The translations under genes were made by a program, and so were the position numbers. Below are positions 49,166 to 59,723 of a stretch of DNA of 64,000 nucleotides, in pieces. The stretch's first letter is position 1. Every line of letters starts with the position of its first letter. Origin of the DNA: Mobula hypostoma (Eukaryota); the NCBI RefSeq assembly GCF_963921235.1, contig NC_086108.1, positions 7,874,001-7,938,000 on the forward strand, in the 5' to 3' direction. The notes under the pieces are model-generated. The model saw only the letters and a list, made by a program, of their open reading frames with translations, did no database searches and was not told the DNA's origin.

Positions 49166-50503
49166 CCAGAGGAGGGCAGTGGTGGTGGGGAACTGGTGAG
49201 GTCTATTATCCAGAACTAGCGGAAGGCTTTGAGGCCTTCTTGATAGGGAATGGAGGTGTATAGGGATTGGACATCCATTGTGAAAATGAAGCGGTTGGGA
49301 CCTGGGAACTGGAAGTTATTGAAGAGGTGGAGGGCATGGGATGTATCCCGGATGTAGGTGGGGAGGGACTGAACTAGGGGTGACAAAATGGAGTCCAGGT
49401 AGGCAGATACAAGTTCGGTGGGACAGGAGCAGGCAGAAACTATGTGTCTATCGGGACAGTCAGGCTTGTGTATCTTTGGGAGGAGGTAAAATTAAGCGGT
49501 ACGGGGTGTGGGAATAATGAGTTTAGCGGCTGAGGATGGAAGGTCTCCAGAGTTTATAAGGGCGGTGATGGTGCGGGGACCCAGCTATGCTTGCCTCTTC
49601 GTTGGTTATGTGGAACAGTCTGTGCTCCAAACCTATTCCGGTACTGCTCCCCAACTTTTCCTTCGGTACATTGACGACTACATTGGTGCTGCTTCCTGTA
49701 CCCATGCTGAGCTCGTCAATTTCATCGACTTTACTTCAAACTCTCCACCTCTCTCCACTTTTTGCAGGGATTGGTCCCTCCGCGACTCCCTTATCCACAC
49801 GTCCCTCCCCACGGATCTCCTACCCAGCACTTATCCCTGTAAGCGTAAGTGCTACACTTGTCCCTACACCTCATCTCTTGCAACCATTCAGGGCCCCAAA
49901 CAGTCCTTCCAGGTGAGGCAACACTTCACTTGTGAGTCTGTTGGGGTCATCTATTGCATCCGGTGCTCCCGGTGCGGCCTCTTCTACATCGGTGAAACCT
50001 GACGCAGATTGCGGGACCGCTTCGTCGAGCACCTCTGATCCGTCTGCCAAAACAGACAGGATCTCCTGATAGCCACCCACTTCAACTCTGCTTCCCACTC
50101 CCATTCAGATATGTCCATACATGGCCTCCTCTACTGCCATGATGAGGCTAAACTCAGGTTGGAGGAGCAACACCTCATATACCGTCTAGGTAATCTCCAG
50201 CCCCTTGGTATGAACATAGAATTCTCCAACTTCCAGTAATTCCCTTCCCCTCCCTTCCTCTATCCCTATGTCACTCTGCCCCCTCCCCCAGCTGCCTATC
50301 ACCTCCCTCATGGTTCCGCCTCCTTCTACTACCCATTGTGTTTTCCCCTATTCCTTCTTCACCTTTCCTGCCTATCACCTCCCTGCTTCCCCTCCCCCAC
50401 CTCTTTATCTTTCCCCTTACTGGTTTTTCACCTGGAACCTACCAGCCTTCTCCTTCCCACCCTCCCCCCACCTTCTTTATAGGGCCTCTTCCCCCTCCCT
50501 CTA

Positions 50504-50540
50504 CAGTCCTGACGAAGGGTTCCGGACCGAAACATCGACT
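50504..50540 (+). ncRNA. Minimal hammerhead ribozyme motif, partly decayed
   Basis: CAGTC-CTGACGA-AGGGTTCCGGACC-GAAAC-ATC-GACT. Confidence 0.7.
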
Positions 50541-52516
50541 CATCGTTTCCACGGATGCTGCCCGACCTGCTGAGTTCCTCCAGATTATTTTGTGCAGAAG
50601 AAGGGAACGGGGAGGAGCACCAGAGGGAGGTGATGGGCAGGCAAGGAGATAAGGTGAGAAATGGGAATGGAGAATAGTGAAGCAGGAAATTTGAGAAATC
50701 GGCGTTCATGCCATCAGGTTGGAGGCTAATCAGACAGAATATAAGCTATTGCTCTTTCAACCTGCACCTGACCTCATTGTGGCAGTAGAGGGGCCATGGA
50801 CTGACAGGTCAGATTGAGAATGGGAAGATTAATTGTTAAGATGCATAGAAAATAACAATTTAACAGTCCAATCTAAGAATTATACAGTCTGATCCAACAG
50901 CACTCAGCACTTCAGTTCCTCCCAGCACTACTCCAGATTGAGAGAGGGAGGAGAGGTAACACTGAATACAAGGCACCATTCCCTGAGGTCCACAAGAGCA
51001 GAGGCACCTGGGTTGCGTGTCCAGAGATGACTGAGAGTGACCGGGTTTGCCAAGGGAGTAATTTATAATGACTATGTACTGTAACACCAAACTTCGATGA
51101 CAGAGCCAAAGAGAAGTCATGCCAAGCTCTTAAAAACCAAGCAGACTTTGCCGGGAGGGACGAGCTTGTTTATGGTTTCACGAGCACCTCAGCTGGAGGC
51201 AACTTGAGCCTTTCTGAACCAGTCACACGTGCCTGCTTTTGGGCCATATCCCTCAAACACAAGAGTCATTCAGCGTCTGTCAAACCTTCCCTCACTCTCC
51301 TACGCTCCAAGGAATAAATTCCTAAACTATTCAGTCTTTTCCGAAAACTCAGGTCCTCAAGCCCTGGCAATTTCCCAGTAGGTGACCCGAACAGTACACG
51401 GTACTCTGGAAACATGGCTGCAGGGCAGGGCTCCAGGTAGGACTGATCCGCAGGATCCTAAGGTTTCCCCTCACACCACTTGCAACCTCCTGGCTAATGT
51501 GCAAGATCAAAGACCTCAAAGGAAGATCGCTCCATGAGGAACTGCTGCTGGCTCTGTTTGTCAGAAAAGTGGCTCACGCCTAACTCTCCTTTCACTGCAC
51601 TCCAGCCTGGGGGCAGTGGGGGGGGGGGCCTGTTTGTTTATTTCTTTATTTATTACTGCGCTACAACACGGAACAGGACTTTCCTGCCCAATGAGCTACG
51701 CCTCCCAGCAACCCACTGATTTAATCCTAGCCTAATTACAGGACAATTTACAATGACTAATTAGCCTGCTAACCGGTACATCTTTGGACTGTGGGAGCAA
51801 ACTAGAGGGACCGGAGGAAACCAACACGGTCACAAACTCCACTCTGGCTTCTCACCTCGTCTCCTTGCCTGCCTATCACCTCCCTCTTCCTTTTCTCCTA
51901 TGATCCACTCTCCTTTCCTATCAAATTCCTTCCTCTCCAGCCCTTGACCTTTCCCACCCACCTGGCTTCACCTAGTGCCTCCAGCTAGCCTCCCTCCCCT
52001 CTCCCGAAGCACCAGAAGAAAGCCACGAACAAACAGAAGATGTCAGAATTGAACTCTGAGCTCCAACTCCCTGAGCAGTAATAACATCGTGATCACCACA
52101 AGGTGACCACAGTTTTTTTACCATCCACCGGATGGACCGGGAAAGGGAAGAAGTGGTAATGTCTGCTTATTAATAAACTAACCACGGCACAGACGTGTTG
52201 CCCTCACCCCCGTCTTGCTCCCCCACAGCCTCGTCTCAACCCCCCCACATGTTCTTGCCCCACCTGACCTAGTCTGCCCCTACACCCCTTGTTCTTGCTC
52301 TCTTGGCCTAGTCTGCCCCCATTCTTGTTCCACCTGGCTAGATCTCCCCCCCCCCCCGGTCTTACTCCCCACAGCAACTCCCCCCACCCATTCTTACTCC
52401 AACCAGCCTAGTCTCCCCAAGTTCTTGCTCCACCCGGCCTAGTTAGCCTCAAAAGCAGCTGGTAAACCTTTACCAATGTGTAATTGAGAGCATACTGACC
52501 TACTGCATGACAGAAT

Positions 52517-52523
52517 TTATCTT

Positions 52524-52559
<36 letters not shown>

Positions 52560-52866
52560 CCTATCTATCTCTATCTATCTATCTGTCTATCTATCTCTAT
52601 GTATCTATTTGTCTGTCTATCTATCTATCTCTCTATCTATCTGTCTGTCTATCTGTCTATCTCTCTATCTATTTGTTTGTCTATCTATCTATCTCTCTAT
52701 CTCTATCTCAATCTATCTATCTCTATCTCTCTATCTATCTATATCTATCTGTCAATCTAGCTATCTCCATTTATCTATCTGTCTATCTATCTATCTCTCT
52801 ATCTATCTGTCTATCTATCTATCTCTCTATCTATCTATCTAAATCTATATCTACCTATCTGTCTAT
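52517..52866. repeat. (ATCT)n / GATA-type microsatellite, imperfect
   Basis: Directly visible. Confidence 0.97.
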
Positions 52867-53339
52867 TGGGATACAGTGTGTAACAGACCCTTCTGGCCCT
52901 TCGAACCGTGCCCACAATCCCCTGATTTAACCCCAGCCTAATCACGGGATGAGTTACAATGACCAATTACCCAGCTAACCGGTATGTCTTTGCATTGTGG
53001 GTGGAAGCTGGAGCACCCAGAGGAAACCCACCTAGGTGACGGGGAGAACATATAAGCTCCTGACAGGCAGCAGCAGGAGATGACCCTGGCTTGTCTGTAC
53101 GGTCGAGCATTGTGCTAATCACTACGCTGCCGTACTGCCAGCTGGCATGGTACACGAGCTGCAACAAGATCGACCAGAAAGCACTTCAACGAGTGATCAG
53201 GACTGCTGAGCACATCACTGGGACAGAACTACCTGATATAGAAACCACCGACAACTCACAATGTCTACCGGCTCATTACGTTGTGATGGGCTCATCACAC
53301 TCCAGTAATTGCCTGTCCAATCTCCTACACATCCAGCAG

Positions 53340-53906
53340 GAGATACGGAAAGGATAAGATGAGGAAACATACACCGGTCCTCATGGAGGGGTTAGAAGTG
53401 GAAAGAGTGAGCAATTTCAAGTTTCTGGGTGTCAATTTTTCTGAGGACCTGACCTGATCCCAACATATTGATGCAGCTACAAAGAAGACACGACAGCAGC
53501 TATATTTCATTTGGGAGTTTGAGGAGATTTGGTTTGTCACCAAAGACACTTGCAAATGTCGACAGATGTACCATGGAGGGCATTCTGTCTGGCTGTATCA
53601 CTGTTTAGTATGGGGATGGAGCAACTGCTCAGGATCACAATAAACCATAGAGAGTTATAAAATTAGTCAGCTCCATCATCAGCACTAGCTTCCATAGTAT
53701 CCAGGACATCTTCAAGAAGCAATACCTCAAAAAGGCAGCTTCCATCATTAAGGACCCCCATCACCCAGGGCATGCCCTCTTCTCATTGCTACCATCAGGA
53801 AGGAGGTACAGGAGCCTGCAGACACACACTCAATGATTCAGGAACGGCTTCTTCCCCTCTGCCATCAGATTGCTGAATAGACATTGAACCCATTAAGTAT
53901 TATACA

Positions 53907-53961
<55 letters not shown>

Positions 53962-54060
53962 ACACACACACTGTAATTCACCATTTTCTCTATTATTTTG
54001 TACTGCTGCTGTAAAGTTAACAAATTTCACGACATATGCCGGTGACATTAACCCTGATTC
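53340..54060 (+). mobile_element. L2/Rex-Babar-type LINE 3' fragment containing a (CA)n tract at 53905-53971
   Basis: VERVSNFKFLGV motif. Collinear with 5800-6470. Confidence 0.8.
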
Positions 54061-55396
54061 CCAACTCTGGGCAGACATCCAGGGCTGTTGTGCAACTGGA
54101 CCACGCCCCAGTACAGAGTTGCTTGTTTTCAATTCTGTTGTAACTTAGATGTCACTCTAAATAACTCAGACGTTATTTAAAATTTAGTCATTGTATTTTT
54201 AGTAATTGAAGTGATAGTATGCTGTTTTGCACTGAATGGATTAGCACTGCAAACTCGTTGTCCTCAACAATGGCAATAAAGCTCAAATTAACTAACTAAC
54301 TAACTGGAACATCCGGCAGTGAGGTGCCAGCTGTTCTATACCTTCCATGGGAGCTCTCCGCTGCCTTCCTGACTGCAGTCTACAGCCCCCCTCAGGCAGG
54401 CATCGAGCTGGTTTCTGAGGAACTGAGTGCTATGATCATGGGATCTAAGGGTTGTACCTCCAAACCCACCAATCAGATCGAAGGACCATACACCCAAACC
54501 CTCCAATCAGATCAAAGCATTTTAACCCCAAATCCACCAATCCGACTGAAGGGGTGTACCCCCAGACCTACCACATTGTGATGGGAGTCTTTAACTCGCC
54601 CAGTTTGAAGAAATCTCTGCCTGACTACCATCAGCATGTCAAGTTCCAGTTTATTGTCATCTGATTATACACGTACACAACTAAATGAAGCTACGTTCCT
54701 CCGGACTACAATACACATATCGCATACGGCACATAAAAAATATTACTGTAAATAAGTAAGTTAATCAAATACAATTTTAAATTCATTTAGTGCACAGTGT
54801 AAGCAACAAACAGCTCTCCATTGTAGTGACGAGAGCTCGGTGGTGGTAGGGTATTCATTAGTCCTGGGAGAAGAGGCTGTTACCCACTCTGGCAGTCCTC
54901 GTCCTGATGCTCCTGTACCTCCTTCCTGATGGTGGTGGGTCAAAGAGATTGTGCGATGTGTGGTAGGGGGTTCTCCATAATGCTTCAGGCCCTTTGTCTG
55001 CAATGCTCCAGGTAAATGTATTTGTTATTATTATTTCTTTATTTTTGTATTTGCAGTTTGTTGGTTTTTGCAGTCCGGTTGAATACCCAAGTTGGTGCAG
55101 TCTTCCATTAATTCCATCGGGGTTATTATTCTATTATGGATTTATTGAGTATGCCTGAAAGAAAATGAATTTCAGGGTTGCAAGTGGTGACATACCTATA
55201 CTTTGGAAATAAATTTACTTTGAACTTTGAAATTTTAAATGTCACAAGGAGGAGGGAGGGAGAGCCGGTGATTCTCTTGGTGGTTTTTAACCCTCCTCTG
55301 TGGGGTCTTGTGTCCTGATGCCTTGCAGCTTCTGAACCATGCAATTATGCAGACAGACAGGACACTCTCGACGGTGCTCCTGTAGAAAGTTGCTAT

Positions 55397-56183
55397 AGGA
55401 GGAGACAATGGCGCCTAATGGCGACTCCTTTGTTTGCATCTTCAGAAACAGCTCTATTTCCATCTTTAATATCTCTATTTTTCCCTTTCAGGGTTCTTTT
55501 AAAGACCCTAAGTTCGATTCTTTGCAGGAACGGGACCTGCTCTTGGAATTTCATGACTGCCGTTATTCGACATGCCAAGGATGTGGTCTAAGAACTTAGC
55601 TCATCTTCGGAGTTCCGGGATCTTGTGGCTCTGGAGGCAGGCAGACCGAAGGTCGGTGTCCCGGCAGGAGATCGGCGTGTCCTGGGAGACAGAAGATCTC
55701 TGGCTGTGTGCCCAGAGACCCAAGATCTTTGGACACAGAGCTCAGAAAAAGCGCCGCAATGGACTTTTAACATCGTAAATCAGCCAGTTGTTTGTTATGC
55801 CTCCCCTCTCACTGTGAAACAGAGACATCTCTTCCTCCCTTATTAGGGAGAGAGAGAGCCTGTGGTGTGTCGAATACCGGGTGAACGAGTAGTCTTTGGG
55901 GTACTGCAAGTCTGTGTCTTTGCTGTTGCTTTGCTGCATGCTTGAGTGCTCGATGGTGGGTGCTGATTTTTTTTTTGCTGGTGGAGGAAGGGCGGTCGTT
56001 GCTTTGCTGCTGCTTATGTGTGAGAGGGGGGAGCTGGTGGGGACTTTGGGGTTCTAACATTTAACAGTCATTCATTCTTTGGGGGCACCCCTCCGTTTTC
56101 GTGGATGTTTTGCGAATAAAAAGCATTTCAGGATGTATATTGTATGCATTTCTCTGACATTAAAGATACCTTTGAAACCTTTG
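55397..56183 (+). mobile_element. Non-autonomous LINE-type retroposon, near full length
   Basis: 5' GACAATGGCGCC start, CpG-rich body, (CCTTTGAA) tail, ATAGG at both junctions. Shares its 3' part with 8170-8695. Confidence 0.6.
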
Positions 56184-56270
56184 AATAGGGGTGCGTAGAT
56201 TCACCACACTCTGGCTAAAGAAATTCCTCCTCAACTCCATGTCTGTTCTGATGCTACGTCCTCTAGTCCT

Positions 56271-56736
56271 GAGCACAAAATACTCTGCAGATGCTGGGGT
56301 CAAAGCCTCACTCACAACACGCTGGAGGAACTCAGCAGGTCGGGCAGCATCCGTGGAAAAGATCAGTTGACGTTTCAGGCCAGAACCCTTCATCAGGACT
56401 GTAGAGGGAGGGGGCAGAGGCCCTATAAAGAAGGTGGGGGGAGGGTGGGAAGGAGAAGGTTGGTCAGTTCCAGGTGAAAAACCAGTAAGGGGAAAGATAA
56501 AGGGCTTGGGGGGGGGGGGAAGCAGTGAGGTGACAGGCAGGAAAGGTGAAGAAGGAATAGGGGAAAACACAATGGGTAGTAGAAGGAGGCGGAACCAAGA
56601 GGGAGGTGATAGGCAGCTGGGGGAGGGGGCAGAGTGACATAGGGATAGGGGAAGGGAAGGGGAGGGAACTACCGGAAGTTGGAGAATTCTATGTTCATAC
56701 CAAGGGGCTGGAGACCACCTAGACGGTATATGAGGC
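56271..56736 (-). mobile_element. Penelope 3' fragment with 11-bp TSD
   Basis: Collinear with 47572-47995. TSD CCTCTAGTCCT at 56260-56270 and 56737-56747. Confidence 0.88.
56364..56401 (-). ncRNA. Minimal hammerhead ribozyme motif with GUC site
   Basis: CAGTC-CTGATGA-AGGG TTCTGG CCT-GAAAC-GTC-AACTG. Confidence 0.75.
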
Positions 56737-57189
56737 CCTCTAGTCCTAGAGTCTCTCACGGTAGGAATCATCTTCTCCACATCCACTCTATTGAGGTCTT
56801 TCAATGTTTGATAGGTTTCAATGAAATCTCCCCCCAACCATTTTTTCTGAATTTCAGTGAGTACAGGCCCAGAGCCATCATTCGTTTCTCCTATGACATA
56901 TGGAATCATTTTCATGACCCTCCTTTGAACACTCTTCAATATCAGCACATTCTTTCTCAGATAAATGGCCCAAAACTGCTCACAATACTACAAGTGAGGC
57001 CTCAGTAGTGTCTTATAAAGCCTTAATATTACATCCTTGCTTTTATATTCTAGTCCTCTTGAAATGAATGCCAACATCGCATTTGCCTTCCTTACTGAGG
57101 GGCCCTAGGATCCCAGGTTGGGGACACCTGCTTTAGGAGGTTAAGGACGTTTGGTTTGTCACCGAGTGTGTTATGAACTTCGACCAATG

Positions 57190-57695
57190 TACTAGAACAT
57201 AGAAGAGTACAGCACAGGAACAAGCCATTCGGCCTGCAATGTTGTGCTGAACCAGTTAAAAAGCAAATCAAAAACTCCCAAACACTAATCCCCCCTACCT
57301 ACACAATGTCCATATCCCTCCATCTTCCTCACATCCATGTGCCTATCCAAACATCTCTTAAAAGCCTCTGATGTATTGGCCTCTATCACTTACCAGGCAG
57401 CACATTTCAGGCAGCCAAGGCTCTCCAAGTAAAAAACTCTGACCCCTCACATTCCCATTGAACCTACCCCGTATCATCCTCAATGCATGGTCGCTGGTTT
57501 TAGACATTGCTACCCTGGCGGAGAAGTCCCTGTCTATTTTATCTACACCTCTCATAATCCGATAAACCTCTATCAGATCTCCCCTCTGCCTCCACCGCTC
57601 CAGACAAAACAACACAAGTTTACCCAGCCTCTCATGCTAGCACATGCCCTCTAAACCAGGCAGCATCCTGGTGAACCTCTCCTGCATCCTCTCCG
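57190..57695 (-). mobile_element. CR1 3' fragment, same subfamily as the 25800-26235 end
   Basis: RGDLIEVYRIMRG motif and shared 3' UTR. Confidence 0.8.
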
Positions 57696-58229
57696 AAGTA
57701 CTGTTGAATGTGCGCTGACTATTTGCACTATGGTGTGCACAGGAACACGACGGAGTTGCACAGAGTGGAGGACTCAGCACAAAACATCACGGGCACATCC
57801 TTCCCGACCATCGGTCACATCTACAGGAGGCGCTGCCTCACAAAGGAGCATCCGTCATCAAAGATCCCCACCGTCCTGGCCATGCTATCTTCTCACAGCT
57901 ACTGTCAGTCCCACACCACCAGCTTCAGGAACAGCTACATCCCTTCAATTATTCTGTTCTTCAACCAACTGGCATATCCCTAATCCCCATGATCACCTTG
58001 GCCCTGCCTCACCAAATTATCCCAAAATGTCTAGTCTCTTACAAAAACACACATGCACGCACACACCACACTGCCTCTATATCTACCAGTTCCACTCTCC
58101 GCCGTGTTAGCGAAACTTTGTGATCCCGTGGTCATTGACTTGAAAAGATCCATGTGTGAGTGCTAATCTTAAAAATACTCACCCACTTAGACTGGTGAGT
58201 TTGCTTGCCACACGATGGGTCACAAACAT

Positions 58230-58247
58230 ATCCTGGACGAGCCCCCA
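58230..58247 (-). promoter_or_regulatory. tRNA-Pro primer binding site
   Basis: TGGGGGCTCGTCCAGGAT, 17/18 to the canonical Pro PBS, 2 nt after ...CACAACA. Confidence 0.85.
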
Positions 58248-58249
58248 AA

Positions 58250-58723
58250 TGTTGTGACTATGATCAAGGTCATGAACACTGAAGCTGATGCTATAGAAGT
58301 CTTTATTCTGCACAACAAGCAGGCATCATACAGTTACACTCTTGGAAGAACAGGCCTCCTGACGCAATAACACATCACATTTTATATGTTAAAGAACAAA
58401 GGTCACAACAGGGCAATTTCTACAGTTACAATGCTTTCATAATGCTTCCTTTCAGTTGCACATAATTTTCAAACACCTCAATCCTCAATACCAACATACC
58501 CAAAATGATGGCTGTTAATGGCCTCTGTCTCTGGGCTGCATTCATACAACTGCAGACAGCTCAGGTGAATGGTTAACAATCGACCCCGGTCTGCAACTCC
58601 AGGAAGACCACCGTTCTGAGCTGCATTTTAAACTCAATCTACAATCCACATCCAGGTCTGCAGACTGGTTGCTGTTGAAGTTAATATTTGCTCTAGCCCA
58701 TAACGCAAGAATATTCCCTAACA
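58250..58723 (-). mobile_element. Retroviral/LTR-element long terminal repeat (ERV-like); upstream boundary uncertain
   Basis: Minus strand TGTT...AACA with TATAAAA (~58381-58387) and AATAAA (~58312-58317), followed by the PBS and a GG|GTGAGT donor-like site. Confidence 0.6.
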
Positions 58724-59723
58724 GCCCCTTCTGGGCAAAACTAAATATGTTCCATGAAAGGCCAGACCTTACAGAGGATCCAGTCAAGAAGGGCAGCAAA
58801 AATGCCCCGTACTTTGGACCCACTTCCCCAATAACCTATCATATCTCTATGTTCATCCTCACCTTCGCTGTCATCCCCGATGGCTACCTACAATACTCTA
58901 ATCAAAGTTAATCCCAGAAATTTGACCAGCAGTCTTTAAAATGCAGCTTCGTCCTTCGTATGCCCTCTGCCTTCCTTCCTGCTGGCTGATTGCAGTTTAA
59001 TTGTGTGCTAAAACTCAGCAGAAGCTATCAGCTAGGTAAATATATCAGGCACACAGGTAACCGTTCACACTCCATGTCATGAGAAAAGATTATCAGAACC
59101 TTGACAACTAGTTTCTCAGGCCCTCTCATTGATGCGCAGGAGGAGTTGAGGTGGTCTCTATTTGAATGACTGCAATGACCTCACTCCCCAACTCCAGAAT
59201 ACACCCTAATAATTCAGCCTAACCAATGTTCTTTATGGTTGTATCTTGACCTCACATTTATTTTCTATTCCTGGATAACAAAAATGAGCCTTAACCACCT
59301 GTTGCTCCTGCAGGAAGGTGTCTGCATTTGAATGGTTTCTCTCTCCTTTCACTAGATCATGCTGGAATCCTTGGCCTTGGGCAAGGTTTAATCGGCACTG
59401 TTTGTGGATTGGACTCTGTAGTTCACGTTACAATGTGTTTCTGGATTCTGGTCTCTCCTTTTTCTGTTGCTATTTTGTGCATTTTGATCGGGGCAGACTG
59501 TAGATAACGAATAACACAGTGCGAGATTGCACTGAACTGAATGTCCTTGGATTCTCCCGATGACTTTGTGGGATGTTGTTTTATATTCTGTGTATTTTGC
59601 TTGTTTTTTTTGCCATTTGTGTAATTTGCTTTTTTGTGCGGTGGGGGTTTGAAGTTTTTCTTTGAACGGGGTCCATGGGTTTCTTTGTTTCATGGCTGTC
59701 TATGGAAAAGTCTTAGGCACATA

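Larger units (their letters stand above)
47572..50583. mobile_element. Penelope-like element in head-to-head inverted arrangement (minus copy 47572-49575, plus copy 49576-50583)
   Basis: RT (GVAMGTRMGP, YIDD) and GIY-YIG (VIYCIRC..YIGET) on both strands with mirrored 3' UTRs. Inserted in an older Penelope remnant (47250-47571 / 50595-50825). Confidence 0.93.
56190..57095 (-). mobile_element. CR1 3' fragment, split by a Penelope insertion
   Basis: ANAMLAFISRGLEYK and RNFFSQSVVNL remnants. Confidence 0.8.

Noticed and set aside
50840..51260. Unique-looking segment that might be an exon or regulatory element
   Set aside because: No convincing splice signals, ORF or repeat hallmark that I can support.
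52507..52930. LSIY-repeat ORFs
   Set aside because: Translation of the (ATCT)n microsatellite.
56160..56948. 262-aa minus-strand ORF
   Set aside because: Chance read-through of a CR1 remnant and a pyrimidine-rich Penelope UTR.
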